Source: Deltaproteobacteria bacterium (GTDB taxonomy: Bacteria > Bdellovibrionota_B > Oligoflexia > Oligoflexales > CAIYRB01). From it: DNA of 64,000 nt. The notes under the pieces are model-generated. The model searched no databases and had not been told where the DNA came from. It saw only the letters and a program-made list of their open reading frames with translations. The DNA lies in the NCBI GenBank assembly GCA_016874735.1, contig VGTI01000010.1, forward strand, positions 18,170 to 82,169, given 5' to 3'. Both the position numbers and the translations under genes were made by a program. Below, one piece after another: positions 46,865-56,694 of this stretch (position 1 is its first letter; each line of letters begins with the position of its first letter).

Positions 46865-48862
46865 TCACTCCTGTGGGCGGGAGAAACGTTCTAGTTGATT
46901 AGAAAAGTTGGATCCCGATTTACTGACGTGCGACTGCGCCCATTGTACTAGGCTAAACAGGAGATAGCCTGTGACCAGGGCAATCAGGGCGCCGCGGATC
47001 GCGGAACTCATATCGACCGGAGCCGATTGCACGCGCGGCTTGCGGGCGACTGGCGGCTTGAAGTCGTCGTCCGTCACGGCTTGTGTCGCCTGGGCGGCGG
47101 CAGCGTCTTTGACGGGGGTTGTAGGAAGCTCCGTCTTGGAGGCGGCGCCTGGCGTCTCGACATCGGCCAGTTCCCCATGCAAATCCAAGGGGAGGGAGAC
47201 GGCAGGCATACCCTCGATGGCTTCCTGGTGCTCGGATACGGCTAGGCTCAGGGTCCTTTGGTCAGCGACCGACATGGCCACGGCCAAGTTACCATCAAAA
47301 CTTGGTGGTGGAAGGCGACCCGCGGCGGGGCCCGGGACGTTGGCAACGAGGCGGACGCTGCCTAGCTCGGGAGTCCGTCCGGCAAAGCCCCCTCTCGTAG
47401 CGCCGGCCAGACCAGGGCGTTGGTCAAACCGGTTGAGGCTTGCCGTCACCAACTGCACCAAGGCGTCAGCCAGGGGGCGTTGTTCGACGGTGCGCAGGTC
47501 GGAAAAGTACCCCTCCGCCAGGTGGTTAAAGGGCGCTGCTCCCGGGTGGGTGTCCTCGTGGGTGGCGGTCACCTTAAAGTAGGGATTACGTCCGAGCGTC
47601 CGCGTCAGGAGGGGGGTTTCGAGCCTGGCCAGGGCGAAGTTACCGACCGGGAAAGGCATGGCAATCTGCACGGCCTGGGAATGAATTCTGTGCAGTCGGA
47701 CGGGAAAACTGACTTCAGCTAGGGAGAAAGGGTGTTTCTTCGGAATGGATGCCACTCTTTCCGTGCTGGTGTCCACAGATTCCGGGCTGGAGCGCAGGTA
47801 ACGGTTGGCGATTTTGACGGCTAAATCAGACGGCAGATCCGTGTCATACATGAGATGGCGTCGCGGCCAACTTGCCTGGATACTGGCAAATTCGGGCAGC
47901 ATGCCGATGATCATGACGGTCGCCTCGTCGCTCAAGCTTTCCATCAGTTCACGAAAGCGCTGGCCGGCCCCTTCACGTACCAGGTCGCTCTCGATGATCA
48001 CCAGATCCGGGGTGAAAAAGCGTGCCGAATCGATGATGCCCTGCTTGCGGATGGCGGCCGAAATTTCGAAGCGGTTGCCTTGAAAAATACTGAGAGCCTT
48101 CGAGCGCACGTTGGCCGACTGGGCGGCTAAAAGCACGCGGCACTTAGGCCCGGTATCGACTTGACTAAGCTGGGTGAGCAGATCACTGAAGCGCTCTTTA
48201 GCCGCACTGGGTACTTGCCAAGTGGCCACGACACCGTCGGAAAAACGGTAGAGTAAGTTACGACGTTGATTCTCGACCACCGTCAAGCTGATGCTGTTGA
48301 GTCCGCCCGCTGCCGCCAGGGGTCCCCGGAGTTGCATCGTCGCACCGACCGGTGGGCGGATGCGTGATTCGAAGTAAATCTGACTGTCGCTAACGCGCGT
48401 GATCCGTGCTGGTAAGTGCAGGGCGCTGATGTTGTTGAGGGTGACCTGACCTGCAGGTTGCACGTAGGGGATGGGCGAGCCGCCGGTGGCAAAGATGAAG
48501 CGGCTGAGCCACTCCTTAGACTCCATTTCGGCAGGGATGATGTCACGGAAGTTGGCGCAGGCTGCTAGCGTATTGAGGGACTCGTTGTGCCCATAGCGGA
48601 CGAACACCATCCGGGCACCTTCGATTTCCGGCGTGTTCATCAGGGAGCGGATGATAGCTTCGGTCTCTTTGTCGCCAAAGTCGTCGCTCAGGATGACGAC
48701 CCCCGCGCGGCGGCGTGCCAACGAAGAGTAAAGTTCTTCGACGCTGCGGTAGAAGCTGACCTCGTAACCCTTGGTGGCCAGGAGATCGGCACGGTCCTGC
48801 AGGCCGGCCGTCGTTTGCGCGCTAAGCCAATAGAGGCGCTGTCTCTTAACTTTGGCACTCAC
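46865..48862 (-). CDS. Tail-anchored protein with two (receiver-like + PilZ-like) modules
   Basis: There is no signal peptide. Two similar modules and a Pro/Ala-rich linker are followed by a single TM (IRGALIALVTGYLLFSLV) about 25 aa from the C-terminus. The domain calls are inference. Confidence 0.6.
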   Translation of the reverse strand: MSAKVKRQRLYWLSAQTTAGLQDRADLLATKGYEVSFYRSVEELYSSLARRRAGVVILSDDFGDKETEAIIRSLMNTPEIEGARMVFVRYGHNESLNTLAACANFRDIIPAEMESKEWLSRFIFATGGSPIPYVQPAGQVTLNNISALHLPARITRVSDSQIYFESRIRPPVGATMQLRGPLAAAGGLNSISLTVVENQRRNLLYRFSDGVVATWQVPSAAKERFSDLLTQLSQVDTGPKCRVLLAAQSANVRSKALSIFQGNRFEISAAIRKQGIIDSARFFTPDLVIIESDLVREGAGQRFRELMESLSDEATVMIIGMLPEFASIQASWPRRHLMYDTDLPSDLAVKIANRYLRSSPESVDTSTERVASIPKKHPFSLAEVSFPVRLHRIHSQAVQIAMPFPVGNFALARLETPLLTRTLGRNPYFKVTATHEDTHPGAAPFNHLAEGYFSDLRTVEQRPLADALVQLVTASLNRFDQRPGLAGATRGGFAGRTPELGSVRLVANVPGPAAGRLPPPSFDGNLAVAMSVADQRTLSLAVSEHQEAIEGMPAVSLPLDLHGELADVETPGAASKTELPTTPVKDAAAAQATQAVTDDDFKPPVARKPRVQSAPVDMSSAIRGALIALVTGYLLFSLVQWAQSHVSKSGSNFSNQLERFSRPQE

Positions 48863-49124
48863 AGTATGTCCTCCCTCGAGCCTTAATCGGCATTAACGTA
48901 TAAAATGTTAAGTGCGGGGCTGAGAATACCGACCGAAGGGTAGCAGGCTCAGACCCGCTTGCTGGCTAGTCGTATCTCTGTAGGCCCTCGGTTTTACTCG
49001 TTAAATCAATGCTTTTATGCAATACTTTGCAGGCTCCGGACTCAAGTCCGGGGCTACCTGTGACGACGAGCCGAGGGTACGGGTTCGTGGATGTGGGGAT
49101 TCCAAAGATTGAGGAGTGCGGATC

Positions 49125-51281
49125 ATGCCGTCTAAGTTTATGCGTATCGGGCAGTGGAGCGCTTTAGTGGTAGGAGCCTTTGTGGGTCTCGCGAGTGACT
49201 CCTTTGCGCTCAATTGTCCACAGGTCCGTCAACTGGTCGGTGTTTACCTGAAGATGCACTACTCGTATCACGAGTTTGACGACGAGCTAAGCCGCCGCAC
49301 GCTCGATAATTTCGTCAAGGCCTGGGATCCGGGTAAGGTGTACTTCCTGAAATCTGACATTAAGCAGTTTGAGGAAAAGTTCGCGACTAAGCTCGACGAC
49401 ATGGTCATGGACGCCGACTGTGCCGCGGTCGACGAGGTGTCGAAACTTTTTGCTAAACGCTTTGCCGAGCGCCAAAAGGTTATTAAAGACTGGATCAACG
49501 CCAAGCACGACTTCAAAGTCGACGAGTACATGCTGATCGATCGCAAGAAGCTTGATTATGCGGCGACGACCGACGAGATTTCGAGTCGTTGGCGCGAGCG
49601 TGTTAAGTTTCAGCTCTTGCAGCTCAAAGGCACCTTGAAGGATCTGGACAAAGCGCGCGAGAAACTCCACAAACGCTATGCTTTGGCTGAAAAGCGCCAG
49701 AATGAGTTGTCATCGGATGACATGTTTAACATCTTCCTAAACTCATTTTCTTTAGCGCTCGACCCGCACTCTGAGTACATGTCGACCGAGACGCTTGAGG
49801 ACTTCCGCATTTCCACACGCCTCTCTCTAGAGGGTATAGGTGCGGTGCTCCGGAGTGAGGACGGCTTCACGACGATCCAGAGCCTGGTACCCGGCGGTGC
49901 TGCCGCTAACACCGGGAAGGTTAAGGTTGACGATAAGATTATCGCTGTAGCGCAAGGGGAAGAGCCGCCAGTCGATGTCATCGACATGGATTTACGCGAA
50001 GTCGTCAAGCTGATCCGCGGCGCGCGAGCCACGGAGGTGCGCTTAACGCTGGTACGTGAAGAAGGCGGCAAAACGACGCAAGTCGTCGTGCCGATCATCA
50101 GAGCACAGATTCAGCTTAAAGACCGCGCGGCGAAGTCCAGTGTGTTCCCGGTATCGCTCAAAGAGGGTGCGACGGAGCGGACGGTCAAGGTTGGTGTTAT
50201 CGATCTGCCCAGCTTTTATATGGATTTCGAGGGACGCCAGAATCACGAGAAGGGCTACAAGAGTTCGTCCGTCGACATGCTGGGTGAGATTACCAAACTT
50301 AAAAAAGCGAACGTCGACGCTATCGTCGTCGATCTGCGCTCTAATGGCGGCGGCAGTCTTGACGAATCGATCGACATTGCGGGCTTCTTCGTAGATAAAG
50401 GCCCTGTTGTGCAGATCAAAGACACACAGGGGTCCATCTTTGTCCAGCGCGATTCCGTGGGTAAGGTCTTCAATGGTCCGCTAGTCGTGATGATCAACCG
50501 GCAGTCGGCCAGTGCCAGCGAGATCTTTGCTGGTGCCATTCAGGACTACGGTCGTGGCTTAATTGTTGGCGATGCGCATACTTTTGGTAAGGGTACGGTC
50601 CAGAATCTCAACGACATCGACGATAAGCTTGGTGCCGTTAAAGTCACGATCAGTAAATTTTATCGGCCCTCGGGATCAAGCACGCAGCTCAAGGGCGTCG
50701 AGTCGGATATCATTCTCCCCGATGTGATGGACGAGTACGAAATTGGCGAGAAGCACTACGACTATGCACTGCCGTGGGAAAAGATCAATGCTACCGACTT
50801 CCGCAATTTTTCGATGGTGACCTCGGACATGGTCAAGCAGCTCCGGGATTCCAGCAAGGACCGTGTGCAGAAGGACAAGGGATTTGAAAAGGTGTTCGCT
50901 GCGATTAAAGAGTACAAAACCAGCGAAGAGGCGCGGTCGCGGGTGAGCCTCAAAGAGGAGACGCCTGAAAGTAAAGCTGCTGCCGAGGCTAAGGCCAAAG
51001 AGGCCGAGAAGGACAAGAAATTAGCTAAAGCTGATCAGGATAAAAAAGACCGTAAAAAAGACGACAAGAAAGCTAAGAAAGTGGATCCCGAGGCTGACGA
51101 GGACGTTGAGAAGTTGCCTCTAAGTGAGGACTTCATGCTGCAGGAGACCCTGCGCGTCGCTGCGGATTACGTGCAGCTTTTAAACAAGAAGCCGTTGGCT
51201 AAGGTTTCACTGCCTGAACTCGATAAGGTTACCGTTGCCGAAGACAAGAAGCCGAGTGACACCGTAAAGGCTCACCCATAA
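49125..51281 (+). CDS. prc: Tail-specific (C-terminal processing) S41 protease with Lys-rich tail
   Basis: It has a PDZ-like GAVL...GGAA segment, RSNGGGSL, SASASEIFAGA and TFGKGT. I chose the ATG at 49125, with GAGGAG at 49111..49116. Confidence 0.9.
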   Translation: MPSKFMRIGQWSALVVGAFVGLASDSFALNCPQVRQLVGVYLKMHYSYHEFDDELSRRTLDNFVKAWDPGKVYFLKSDIKQFEEKFATKLDDMVMDADCAAVDEVSKLFAKRFAERQKVIKDWINAKHDFKVDEYMLIDRKKLDYAATTDEISSRWRERVKFQLLQLKGTLKDLDKAREKLHKRYALAEKRQNELSSDDMFNIFLNSFSLALDPHSEYMSTETLEDFRISTRLSLEGIGAVLRSEDGFTTIQSLVPGGAAANTGKVKVDDKIIAVAQGEEPPVDVIDMDLREVVKLIRGARATEVRLTLVREEGGKTTQVVVPIIRAQIQLKDRAAKSSVFPVSLKEGATERTVKVGVIDLPSFYMDFEGRQNHEKGYKSSSVDMLGEITKLKKANVDAIVVDLRSNGGGSLDESIDIAGFFVDKGPVVQIKDTQGSIFVQRDSVGKVFNGPLVVMINRQSASASEIFAGAIQDYGRGLIVGDAHTFGKGTVQNLNDIDDKLGAVKVTISKFYRPSGSSTQLKGVESDIILPDVMDEYEIGEKHYDYALPWEKINATDFRNFSMVTSDMVKQLRDSSKDRVQKDKGFEKVFAAIKEYKTSEEARSRVSLKEETPESKAAAEAKAKEAEKDKKLAKADQDKKDRKKDDKKAKKVDPEADEDVEKLPLSEDFMLQETLRVAADYVQLLNKKPLAKVSLPELDKVTVAEDKKPSDTVKAHP

Positions 51282-51303
51282 AGATTTAGGTAGAGGTTTC
51301 TCC

Positions 51304-51723
51304 ATGACTGCGCAGCCTGAAGTCACCGTGCTCTACGACAGCCTCTGTCCGGTGTGTCGCCGTGAGGTGGACTTGCTAAAGCGTTTTGACCGGCAGGGGC
51401 GTCTTGGGCTCGTGGATATCGCCGCGCCAGAATTTAGGGCCGAGGACTTCAACCTCACCATGGCCCAGTGCGTAGGGTCGCTCCATGCCATCGATGCACG
51501 CGGCAATGTCATTCGTGGCATGGACACGATCAGGGCTATGTACCGTGCCGCGGGACTAGGGTGGGTGATGTCGTGGACTGCGTTGTGGCCATTTAAGCCG
51601 CTGGCTGATATAGGCTACCAGATATTTGCTCGCATACGGCCGACCTTTTCTGGTTTTAAGCCGCAATGTGACAGCGACGGTCGTTGTCAGGTCCCCGCAC
51701 GGAAGTCGCCAGATTCCAAGTAA
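51304..51723 (+). CDS. DCC-family thiol-disulfide oxidoreductase (DUF393)
   Basis: VLYDSLCPVCRREVDLLKRFD carries the CxxC motif. The protein is 139 aa. Confidence 0.8.
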   Translation: MTAQPEVTVLYDSLCPVCRREVDLLKRFDRQGRLGLVDIAAPEFRAEDFNLTMAQCVGSLHAIDARGNVIRGMDTIRAMYRAAGLGWVMSWTALWPFKPLADIGYQIFARIRPTFSGFKPQCDSDGRCQVPARKSPDSK

Positions 51724-51752
51724 CCTAGGGACTATATTGGATCTTATTGCCG

Positions 51753-53741
51753 ATGGAGCTGCGTGACTGGGCTGAGGTCATCTTGCATGGGCCCGACCTC
51801 GGAGCCAAGCTCCTTTGCCCTCAAGTGTTGACGGATGAGGCGCCTGGAGCTCCCGGCAACGTGCCGCGCGCACCGGGACGAGATCCGGCTATCAGCTGGC
51901 TGGCTAAGCGCAGCAGGGAGAAAGTGGCCTTTCCGACGCTGAGCCAGATGGAGCGTGACGATCAACGTGGGATCGTGCTTCATTTTTTTGCCAATCATGA
52001 GCTCCTGGCCTTAGAGCTTATGGCGCTGGCGCTCCTCAGATTCCCCGACGCTCCTGCGGCTTTTCGCCGCGGTATTGCCGGCGTCATGCGGGAGGAGCAG
52101 TCGCATCTGCGGCGTTATCTGCAGCGGATGAGTGAGCTCGGTGTCCCCTTCGGTGCTGTGCCCGTTAACAGTTATTTCTGGGATGTGATGGCACCCACAC
52201 CGTCACCGCTGGTATTTGTCACGCAAATGGCCCTAACCTTCGAGCAGGCCAATCTTGATTTTGCGCAGTATTTTCTCCGTGCGTTTCAAAAAGTGGGTGA
52301 TCAAGAAACGGCTGCACTGATGGACCTAGTCTACCGCGAGGAGATTGGTCACGTAGGTCACGGGGTCAAGTGGTTCAACCAATGGCGTGATCCCGGTGAG
52401 TCGGATTGGCAGGCATATAAGCGCATTTTGCCGCTGCCGCTTACACCGGCCAGAGCTAAGGGTCAGGAGTTGCAGTCTGAGGCGCGCCGGGCTGCCGGAC
52501 TATCGGCGGAATTTGTGAGGGAGTTAGGTCTCTACCGGCATTCGAAGGGGCGCCCACCGCGGCTCTTCTGGTTTAATCCGGAGGTCGAAGAAGAGCTAGC
52601 CTTCGGTGGTTCCTACACAGCGCCAAAATCCATCGAGGCATGGCAGCATGATCTTGCCTCGCTGATGCAGTTTTTAGCTGGGGACGACGACTGTGTATTA
52701 GTCGCTGAACGTCCATCGCCAAGTACATTGGAGCGGCTCTTAAGCTGCGGCTTTGTCGTCCCGCAGTTTGTCACGCCATCGGAACGCGACGCACTGAAAG
52801 GACGCCTCTTTGAGCGTTGGCACCCGTGGGGGCAGAGTCCGGCGGCGCTGCGGGAAGCTAAAGCATTGGGCGTGGAGTGGCAGCAGCAACCCGTCACAGC
52901 ACCGCCATCGGTATTCAACAAGTCTTGGGCCAAGTCCTTAGCGCAAAAGCTGGGTGTAGATGAGGTCGGCGGGGGCGTATGTCACAGTGTGGACGGACTG
53001 AGTGAACTGGTCGCGGCAATGAGTGCTCGCGGTGATGTTGTGATCAAGGCGCCGCTTGGTTGCTCGGGGCGCCACATGCAGCGCGTGCGTTCGGGTCATC
53101 AGATCGAAGGAAAGCAATTAGTCTGGGCAGAGCGTATCCTAAAGCAACAAGGCTCCTTGGTAGTGGAGTCTTGGGTTAAGCGCATCGCCGACTATAGTGT
53201 GCAGATCGACGTTCAAGAGAGCGGCGGAGTGGTGCTCGGTATCACGCGATTTCTCACCGATCAGCGTGGTGCTTACCTAGGGCACGTGCTTGGTGTCAAA
53301 CACGCTGGCTTAGACCCTTTAGCCGTGCGGGCCTATCATGAGCTGGGCGTGCCCGAGACCCTGGAGCGTATTGGGTTAAGCGTGGCCGAAGCGCTATCTC
53401 AGGCTGGTTACCTTGGACCCGCCGGTATCGATGCTTTTTTATACGAGGATGCGGCCGGGATAAAGCTGCGACCACTCGTCGAAATCAACGCGCGCTATAC
53501 TATGGGCCGGATCGCTCTTGAGCTCGATAGGCGTGTGCACCGCAAGGCTCGGGGGCATTGGCGTCACTGGACTTTGAGTCAAATCAAACGAGAGGGATTC
53601 GCGGACTTTCCCGCCTTTTTACGGGCTAAAGAGGAGCGTCATCCCCTCTTGTTAAAGCACGGACTGATCGAGCGCGGAGTCGTTGCGACCAATGATCCTG
53701 CGACGGCTCGCGCTGTCTTGACATTGATCGAGATCGTCTGA
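51753..53741 (+). CDS. DUF455 (ferritin-like di-iron) - ATP-grasp fusion protein
   Basis: The N-terminal half has HELLALELMALALLRF...MREEQSHLRRY...REEIGHVGHG, a ferritin-like ExxH pattern. The C-terminal half has VIKAPLGCSGRH ... GPAGIDAF ... VEINARYTMG, which is ATP-grasp-like. Confidence 0.7.
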   Translation: MELRDWAEVILHGPDLGAKLLCPQVLTDEAPGAPGNVPRAPGRDPAISWLAKRSREKVAFPTLSQMERDDQRGIVLHFFANHELLALELMALALLRFPDAPAAFRRGIAGVMREEQSHLRRYLQRMSELGVPFGAVPVNSYFWDVMAPTPSPLVFVTQMALTFEQANLDFAQYFLRAFQKVGDQETAALMDLVYREEIGHVGHGVKWFNQWRDPGESDWQAYKRILPLPLTPARAKGQELQSEARRAAGLSAEFVRELGLYRHSKGRPPRLFWFNPEVEEELAFGGSYTAPKSIEAWQHDLASLMQFLAGDDDCVLVAERPSPSTLERLLSCGFVVPQFVTPSERDALKGRLFERWHPWGQSPAALREAKALGVEWQQQPVTAPPSVFNKSWAKSLAQKLGVDEVGGGVCHSVDGLSELVAAMSARGDVVIKAPLGCSGRHMQRVRSGHQIEGKQLVWAERILKQQGSLVVESWVKRIADYSVQIDVQESGGVVLGITRFLTDQRGAYLGHVLGVKHAGLDPLAVRAYHELGVPETLERIGLSVAEALSQAGYLGPAGIDAFLYEDAAGIKLRPLVEINARYTMGRIALELDRRVHRKARGHWRHWTLSQIKREGFADFPAFLRAKEERHPLLLKHGLIERGVVATNDPATARAVLTLIEIV

Positions 53742-53753
53742 GTCTTGTGTCCG

Positions 53754-54560
53754 CTAGGTTCGGGGATCACAGCTCTCAGCGATTTGGTCCCAGGTAAAGT
53801 CTGGGTCCTTGATGGCGTCAGCTACAACGGCGACAGTCGCTTTCAACTTCTGAATGGCAGCCGGGAGTTCTTTGTAGCTTACTTTAGAGCTGGCAATTTT
53901 AGTTGGAAAGACCTTTTTCAAAAAACGATTGTCCGTTAGACCCTTTGTCGAAAGGATGCCATTAAACCCGATGCCCTTGTCGTCGGCACTCATGCCAATC
54001 GACAAAAATGGTGTATTGCATCCTACGCTGGCTTTACAGTAAGGCTTGGCACTAAATGAGCTATCTTTAGTATCTTTGTCGATATTCTGTGTGACATTCA
54101 CCCCAACATCAATATTGGCATAAACCAGCTTGCCTAGGCAGTGAGCCATAGGACTGATCTGACCGCCCACTTTGATATCACGCAAGCAAATGTCGCCGTC
54201 CTTGTCGGGCTTTTGTTCGTAGGCAAGCCTAATCTTTGTGTTTAGTGCAACCGGTACGGTCTCGTCAAAGGAGACTGGGCGATTTAAGATTGCCTCGCAT
54301 AACCCATCCTTCTTGCAAGAAAGGGACTTGGCGTTGGCCAAGTCTTGAGCGCTTATGTCGATGCGCATGCGTGACTTTGGCGGCGTATCGACGAGAGCGA
54401 GACGATCGTCGTCGGTAGACTCAAAGCGCACAGTCTCCATGCGCGCACATGCGACGCCGAATAGGCCCATGGGCTGGCTTACTGGCTCTTTGGGGGCGGT
54501 GGGTCTACAGCCGGTTGTGGCTAGCGTCAAAAGTAGTAGGTGCTTGAGGCTTGGCATCAT
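53754..54560 (-). CDS. Lipoprotein of unknown function
   Basis: I trimmed the start to the ATG at 54560 (MMPSLKHLLLLTLATTGC, with a lipobox). The protein is Cys-rich. Confidence 0.55.
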   Translation of the reverse strand: MMPSLKHLLLLTLATTGCRPTAPKEPVSQPMGLFGVACARMETVRFESTDDDRLALVDTPPKSRMRIDISAQDLANAKSLSCKKDGLCEAILNRPVSFDETVPVALNTKIRLAYEQKPDKDGDICLRDIKVGGQISPMAHCLGKLVYANIDVGVNVTQNIDKDTKDSSFSAKPYCKASVGCNTPFLSIGMSADDKGIGFNGILSTKGLTDNRFLKKVFPTKIASSKVSYKELPAAIQKLKATVAVVADAIKDPDFTWDQIAESCDPRT

Positions 54561-54583
54561 GGGAGGTCCTAGATTTTTTTGAT

Positions 54584-55351
54584 ATGATATCACAATCAGA
54601 TTTACGTTTACTAAACTGGTATTTTTGGAGCTCGATGATGTCTTGGAACGATGACCGTCGTTGGTTGCGGGTTAGTCATGCTCCAGATGTCTGGACTTGG
54701 TCTAGCAGCAGTGCAACCTTTTTTGACCTCAGGATGCTGGCCATTAAATTGAAGGACGGTGGGATCGTCGTCGTGAGTCCTGTGCCTGATGTGGATGAGA
54801 TATCTATGGCTACGCTAGACAGTTTTGGACCAGTAACAGCACTCCTAGCTCCCAATTACTATCATAATTTAGGTCTCAAACCATTCCTCCGAAGGTATCC
54901 ATCTGCCAAGTTGTACGCCCATGAGCGGGCAATACCACGATTGGAAAAAGTAACCAGTCTATCGTTTACCGATGTCATTGAGTTGCAAGATGTGTTACCC
55001 AAAGGTCTTCATATGGCTTTTCCCGAAGGGCTGAAACAAGGCGAGGTTTGGATTCATACCGAGACTAATGGTGAAAATCCGAGCATCCTGGCCGTTTGCG
55101 ACTGCTTTTTCAATATGAGACCAGGTAAAAAGTTTTTGCTCGATAAATTCTTTCGCATGGTAAACACTTACCCAGGTCTCAAGGTGTCGCGTATGTTTGG
55201 GTGGATAGCTATTGATGATAAACATCGCTACGTCGCATGGCTTCGTCATTTCTTTAAAGAATATAACCCGAAGCTCCTGGTCCCCTCGCATGGTGATATT
55301 TACGAGAGCTCTCAGTTGACGAAAGAGCTCTTGGAATTAGCATGCAAATGA
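54584..55351 (+). CDS. DUF4336-like (metallo-beta-lactamase-fold) protein
   Basis: IKLKDGGIVVVSPVP...GPVTALLAPNYYHNLGLKPFLRRYPSAKLYA matches the DUF4336 pattern as I remember it. The start is the ATG at 54584. Confidence 0.5.
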   Translation: MISQSDLRLLNWYFWSSMMSWNDDRRWLRVSHAPDVWTWSSSSATFFDLRMLAIKLKDGGIVVVSPVPDVDEISMATLDSFGPVTALLAPNYYHNLGLKPFLRRYPSAKLYAHERAIPRLEKVTSLSFTDVIELQDVLPKGLHMAFPEGLKQGEVWIHTETNGENPSILAVCDCFFNMRPGKKFLLDKFFRMVNTYPGLKVSRMFGWIAIDDKHRYVAWLRHFFKEYNPKLLVPSHGDIYESSQLTKELLELACK

Positions 55352-55391
55352 AGGGCGCGTTTCCGACAAATCTGCGTGCGCATCCGTCCAG

Positions 55392-56450
55392 TTACTGTGC
55401 CCTGATGAATTCCCACCTGGTTTCGCCGTAACTGGGCTGCATGACGGTCATGCGCAGTGAGGCAATCGTGCCGTCTGCGTTGCGTATGATCTCTAAACCA
55501 GGGCTCGGATTTAGATCGATCGGTAGGACCTTTTGCGAAGGGTTAGGTAATGCTTGAGCGCTACTTGCATTCGCTTCAATCGAACCAGCGAATATCTGGG
55601 TGCCAACAGCAGCTGATTTAGAGATTAATCCGGTCCAGAAACTATTATAACCATCGTAATCGAGCGAGAAAGGGCGATCCCCAGTCACAACAGCCGTGAA
55701 GGCGTTCGAGCTCCCCGCTTTAAATTTGATCTCCAGCTTGCCAGCGTCTACCACCGGGTTTTTTACTGTGGCAGTGCTTGCAGCAGGATTGACGACAATG
55801 CGCTTCACACCCCACGATCCAGATAATGCCAACTGCGTGGGTTGGTCGTTGAATGTATATGTTAGTGTTGCCGCGGGTCCGCCTTTCATACTGTAGTGGA
55901 ATACGACGGTCTTGACGTCGTCGGGGCTGCCTGAGTTGTGTTTGGCGTGAATTCTGAACCGGCCATTCTTGCCGGTTATACTGCCGCTTTCTGTATCGTC
56001 GATCAGAGGCTTGAGTTCTTTACCCTGTGCATTTTTGACGATCCATCGCTTCTCTTCCATGTGGCTCAGACTGACCGCTCCGCCCTTATCATCGGTGATA
56101 TCGCAACCTATGGACGGACTCTTATCTTTGTCAGATGGGCCGGGGATATAGTCACCACAAGACAGTAAATACAGTCCGGCTACGCTTTGCGGCGGTGTTG
56201 CTGTGGCGTCCTCGGCGGTATCGGTGGCAGTGGCCCCCTTTTTATCTTGTTCCGGAGCTTTTGCGGCTTGCGCCGCACTCAGTGCATTAAAAGACTCTGG
56301 ATTACCGCAGCTGATTGTAGTTAACGGCAACATGGTCACCAAGGTGCCGATCGTCACTTTCGTAATCGCCACTTTCGTAACGGTGCTGATCAGGTAGCGC
56401 CAGCTTGGGTGCGCCACAGGCTCAGGTGCCAAAGTCTCTTGCTTTTGCAT
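55392..56450 (-). CDS. Lipoprotein of unknown function
   Basis: I trimmed the start to the ATG at 56450 (GGAGGT upstream). It has lipobox TTISC. Confidence 0.55.
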   Translation of the reverse strand: MQKQETLAPEPVAHPSWRYLISTVTKVAITKVTIGTLVTMLPLTTISCGNPESFNALSAAQAAKAPEQDKKGATATDTAEDATATPPQSVAGLYLLSCGDYIPGPSDKDKSPSIGCDITDDKGGAVSLSHMEEKRWIVKNAQGKELKPLIDDTESGSITGKNGRFRIHAKHNSGSPDDVKTVVFHYSMKGGPAATLTYTFNDQPTQLALSGSWGVKRIVVNPAASTATVKNPVVDAGKLEIKFKAGSSNAFTAVVTGDRPFSLDYDGYNSFWTGLISKSAAVGTQIFAGSIEANASSAQALPNPSQKVLPIDLNPSPGLEIIRNADGTIASLRMTVMQPSYGETRWEFIRAQ

Positions 56451-56694
56451 CGGTACCTCCTGTCTTGCACATCTGATCGGCGGAGTCGTTTGGAAACTTG
56501 ATGATTTTCTATAATATGACGAAATAATTGACGTCCTCCCATCCCTAATCGAACGGGATTCCCTAGGCTTGCATGCCTCACGGCAATGCAAGCGGGTCTG
56601 CGCTAACTACAGCCTGGGCAAGTCGTCCTCTAATTTATATAACCATTTGATTTTAATAAGAATTTATTTCGGTCTGCTCAAGATCATGCAAAGA

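Noticed and set aside
48914-48958. GGGGCTGAGA is reminiscent of the TPP-riboswitch CUGAGA core.
   Set aside because: The second conserved TPP element (ACCUGAUCUGGAUAAUGCCAGCG-like) is absent, and no thiamine gene lies downstream. I kept it only as a generic hairpin.
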